Assembly: GCA_050251875.1 (NCBI GenBank)
Contig: JBFWMA010000010.1
Coordinates: 28,035-88,217 of the forward strand
DNA: 60,183 bases
Source of the DNA: Deferribacterales bacterium
GTDB lineage: Bacteria; Chrysiogenota; Deferribacteres; Deferribacterales; Geovibrionaceae
Direction: 5' to 3'
The first letter of the stretch is position 1. Each line of letters opens with the position of its first letter. The position numbers and the translations under genes were made by a program. Positions 58,440-60,183 of this stretch are shown one piece after another. The notes beneath the pieces are model-generated. The model saw only the letters and a list, made by a program, of their open reading frames with translations. It had not been told where the DNA came from and searched no databases.

Positions 58440-58760
58440 ATGGATAAAGGAGATCAGTTGATGGATCTGCATACTGAAAATAAAATAATAAAAACAGCAA
58501 TGTCCGAAGTTTGCAAAATAATGAAAGAAGACGGAAGAGCTTGCAATGAAAAATTATCTTGTTGGCAAGGTAATGATAATGCCGAACACCCATGCGAGTA
58601 TGTCAATATGATGAAAAATGCAATGGTTCATGTTTTCCGCAACGATAAAAGCCCTATCATATGCGCTTTTAACTCTGATGAAATGAACGATGACGAATAT
58701 GAAGCTATTGAAAGAATATTCGATAAAGAACAAACAAGGAGGTCTGATGAAATAAAATAG
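58440..58760 (+). CDS. Hypothetical phage protein
   Basis: ORF in the early operon. Confidence 0.5.
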   Translation: MDKGDQLMDLHTENKIIKTAMSEVCKIMKEDGRACNEKLSCWQGNDNAEHPCEYVNMMKNAMVHVFRNDKSPIICAFNSDEMNDDEYEAIERIFDKEQTRRSDEIK

Positions 58761-58933
58761 ATCAACTTAAGCTACGGTGGTGGCAGCCACCGTGCCCGTA
58801 TCGGGATAAACAAGTTGGTCAGACGAAACAAGATAATCACTATAGCTTAGGGGTGGGTGGTGCCACCCCTTAAATTCTTTCTATTCTATCCTCTATCAGA
58901 GGTTGGTGTAAAGAGAATTTCACGGAGGTTACT

Positions 58934-59074
58934 ATGTGGGTGTTTCAATTTTCATCAAGCATGAGCTTTGCTCTAGGGTTCAGTATCGGCTTTGAATACC
59001 TGATGTTAGGTGTCATTTTAAAAGTCGGAAAATATGATCTGGTGATGGGGTATAAGCCGAAGAGATGGTTATGA
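58934..59074 (+). CDS. Small hydrophobic protein (46 aa), absent from the ORF track
   Basis: ggagg RBS; MWVFQFSSSMSFALGFSIGFEYLMLGVILKVGKYDLVMGYKPKRWL*; ATGA overlap with gemA. Confidence 0.55.
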   Translation: MWVFQFSSSMSFALGFSIGFEYLMLGVILKVGKYDLVMGYKPKRWL

Positions 59075-59580
59075 CTGTAACAGCAAAGCAGATCCAGCTC
59101 ATTCATATAGCAAAATATAAGCTGGGTATGGACGATGATACATACAGAGATGTTTTGAATACATATGGAGTCGCATCATCTAAGGCGCTCACATTTCGCC
59201 AGGCAAACAAGCTGATAGATGAACTGAAAAAGAAAGGATTCAAAATGCCTCGCAAGAGGAACAATAGGCCTAAGAAAGCGGACAAATCATCTGCCACTAT
59301 TTATCAGATTAACCTGATTGAGTTTCTGGCAGACCAGTACCCGTGGCGACTGGAGAACGGCTTTGACTTATGGCTCACAAAACAGGTTGACCGTGGCAAA
59401 CTGGATCTTAGGAACAATGAAATCATATTCTCTGAAGATGCTTCGTACATCATAGAGCGGCTGAAACAAATGACAGGTATTTCGACACAAGACATCTCCA
59501 GCACTATCCAGCCGTTCTTTGAATGGAAAAAAGAGAACCCTAAAGGCACATTTAACGACTATAAAAACTCTTGCAAATAG
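59071..59580 (+). CDS. gemA: GemA/Mu gp16 (DUF1018) regulatory protein
   Basis: QIQLIHIAKYKLGMDDDTYRDVL..SSKALT..LKKKGF, IIERLKQM. Confidence 0.85.
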   Translation: MTVTAKQIQLIHIAKYKLGMDDDTYRDVLNTYGVASSKALTFRQANKLIDELKKKGFKMPRKRNNRPKKADKSSATIYQINLIEFLADQYPWRLENGFDLWLTKQVDRGKLDLRNNEIIFSEDASYIIERLKQMTGISTQDISSTIQPFFEWKKENPKGTFNDYKNSCK

Positions 59581-59591
59581 AGGAGGTTAAA

Positions 59592-60183
59592 ATGTTTAAA
59601 ATTGCGACAATCAACGGCCAGCTTTGTCTGGTTCATATAATAACAGAAGACATCGTTCCGGCTACATCAGTAAAATATTCTTACTCTGCAGCAGAGGATG
59701 GAGAGCTGGTACTACACATCCCTCTGTCAAAATTATCTGTCCCGAAAAAACCTAGATTAAGCAAAGAAAGTGTTCATGCGATTCAAACAGAAATAGAGCA
59801 AATACTTAAACAGTGGAATAGCACCAGTTGGCAGGCACATATGGATAAATTTTTAACAGGCTGTATGTGTGACACGTCTGGGGATAAAGACCATGCAAAG
59901 TATGTAAATCGCAGAAGACTGGAGTTGCTTGATTTAAAAACTTTAAACTATATTTGGTCGGCGAATCGCTTCAGGTGTGTAACAGTTCCGTTGGATGGTG
60001 ATGATAAAGTAACGTTTGAAGAAAGATCCAGACGTATAGGCAAGACAGCGGACAGCGGACAGCGGACAGCGGACAGCGGACAGCGGACAGCGGACAGCGG
60101 ACAGCGGACAGCGGACAGCGGACAGCGGACAGCGGACAGCGGACAGCGGACAGCGGACAGCGGACAGCGGACAGCGGACAGCG
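59592..60183 (+). CDS. Hypothetical phage protein running into the heptamer repeat (incomplete)
   Basis: aggagg RBS; manual translation MFKIATINGQL...RIGK(TADSGQR)n open to the window end. Confidence 0.65.
   Translation, partial: MFKIATINGQLCLVHIITEDIVPATSVKYSYSAAEDGELVLHIPLSKLSVPKKPRLSKESVHAIQTEIEQILKQWNSTSWQAHMDKFLTGCMCDTSGDKDHAKYVNRRRLELLDLKTLNYIWSANRFRCVTVPLDGDDKVTFEERSRRIGKTADSGQRTADSGQRTADSGQRTADSGQRTADSGQRTADSGQRTADS
60044..60183. repeat. Perfect heptanucleotide tandem repeat (GACAGCG) x20, truncated by the window end
   Basis: 140 bp, no mismatches. Confidence 0.97.

Larger units (their letters stand above)
28226..60183. mobile_element. Mu-like transposable prophage (contractile tail), divergent late/early arms with internal repressor; far end not in window
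   Basis: DDE transposase, AAA ATPase, GemA, DUF3164, DUF3486, DUF935 portal, MuF, sheath/tube/baseplate; terminal TG at 28226. Confidence 0.92.

Overview
The window has three parts. (1) 1-~21.8 kb is host chromosome: polA (partial), gpsA, a ComFB-family gene, murB, mtnP, a lolD-like ABC ATPase, a porin, hslVU, waaA, a lipid A acyltransferase, argD-argF-argG, glyQ and two DUF1566 lipoproteins. The organism is a diderm bacterium; Deferribacterota-like is my inference only. Three distinct families of REP-like palindromes occur here, one bracketing a small GIY-YIG nuclease inserted in the arg operon. (2) ~21.8-28.2 kb is an AT-rich accessory/defence island: an AbiE-like pair, a tRNA-Pro-like 3' fragment with integrase arm-like repeats, a GHKL ATPase-PD-(D/E)xK nuclease fusion, a Fic gene and an ORF apparently cut by a phage insertion. 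(3) 28226-60183 is a Mu-like transposable myoprophage with an internal repressor and divergent late (minus) and early (plus) arms; it runs off the window end inside a (GACAGCG)20 repeat. The most interesting unannotated signals are two plus-strand, sigma70-promoter-driven structured small RNA candidates antisense to the late operon. One, with a 7-bp kissing loop, sits directly behind the MuF-nuclease fusion in place of a protein immunity gene. The other covers the leader of the Dam methylase. Also seen: a lambda G/T-type -1 frameshift, a nested scaffold start and palindromes embedded in coding sequence. All calls come from reading the sequence and recognising motifs; no searches were run.
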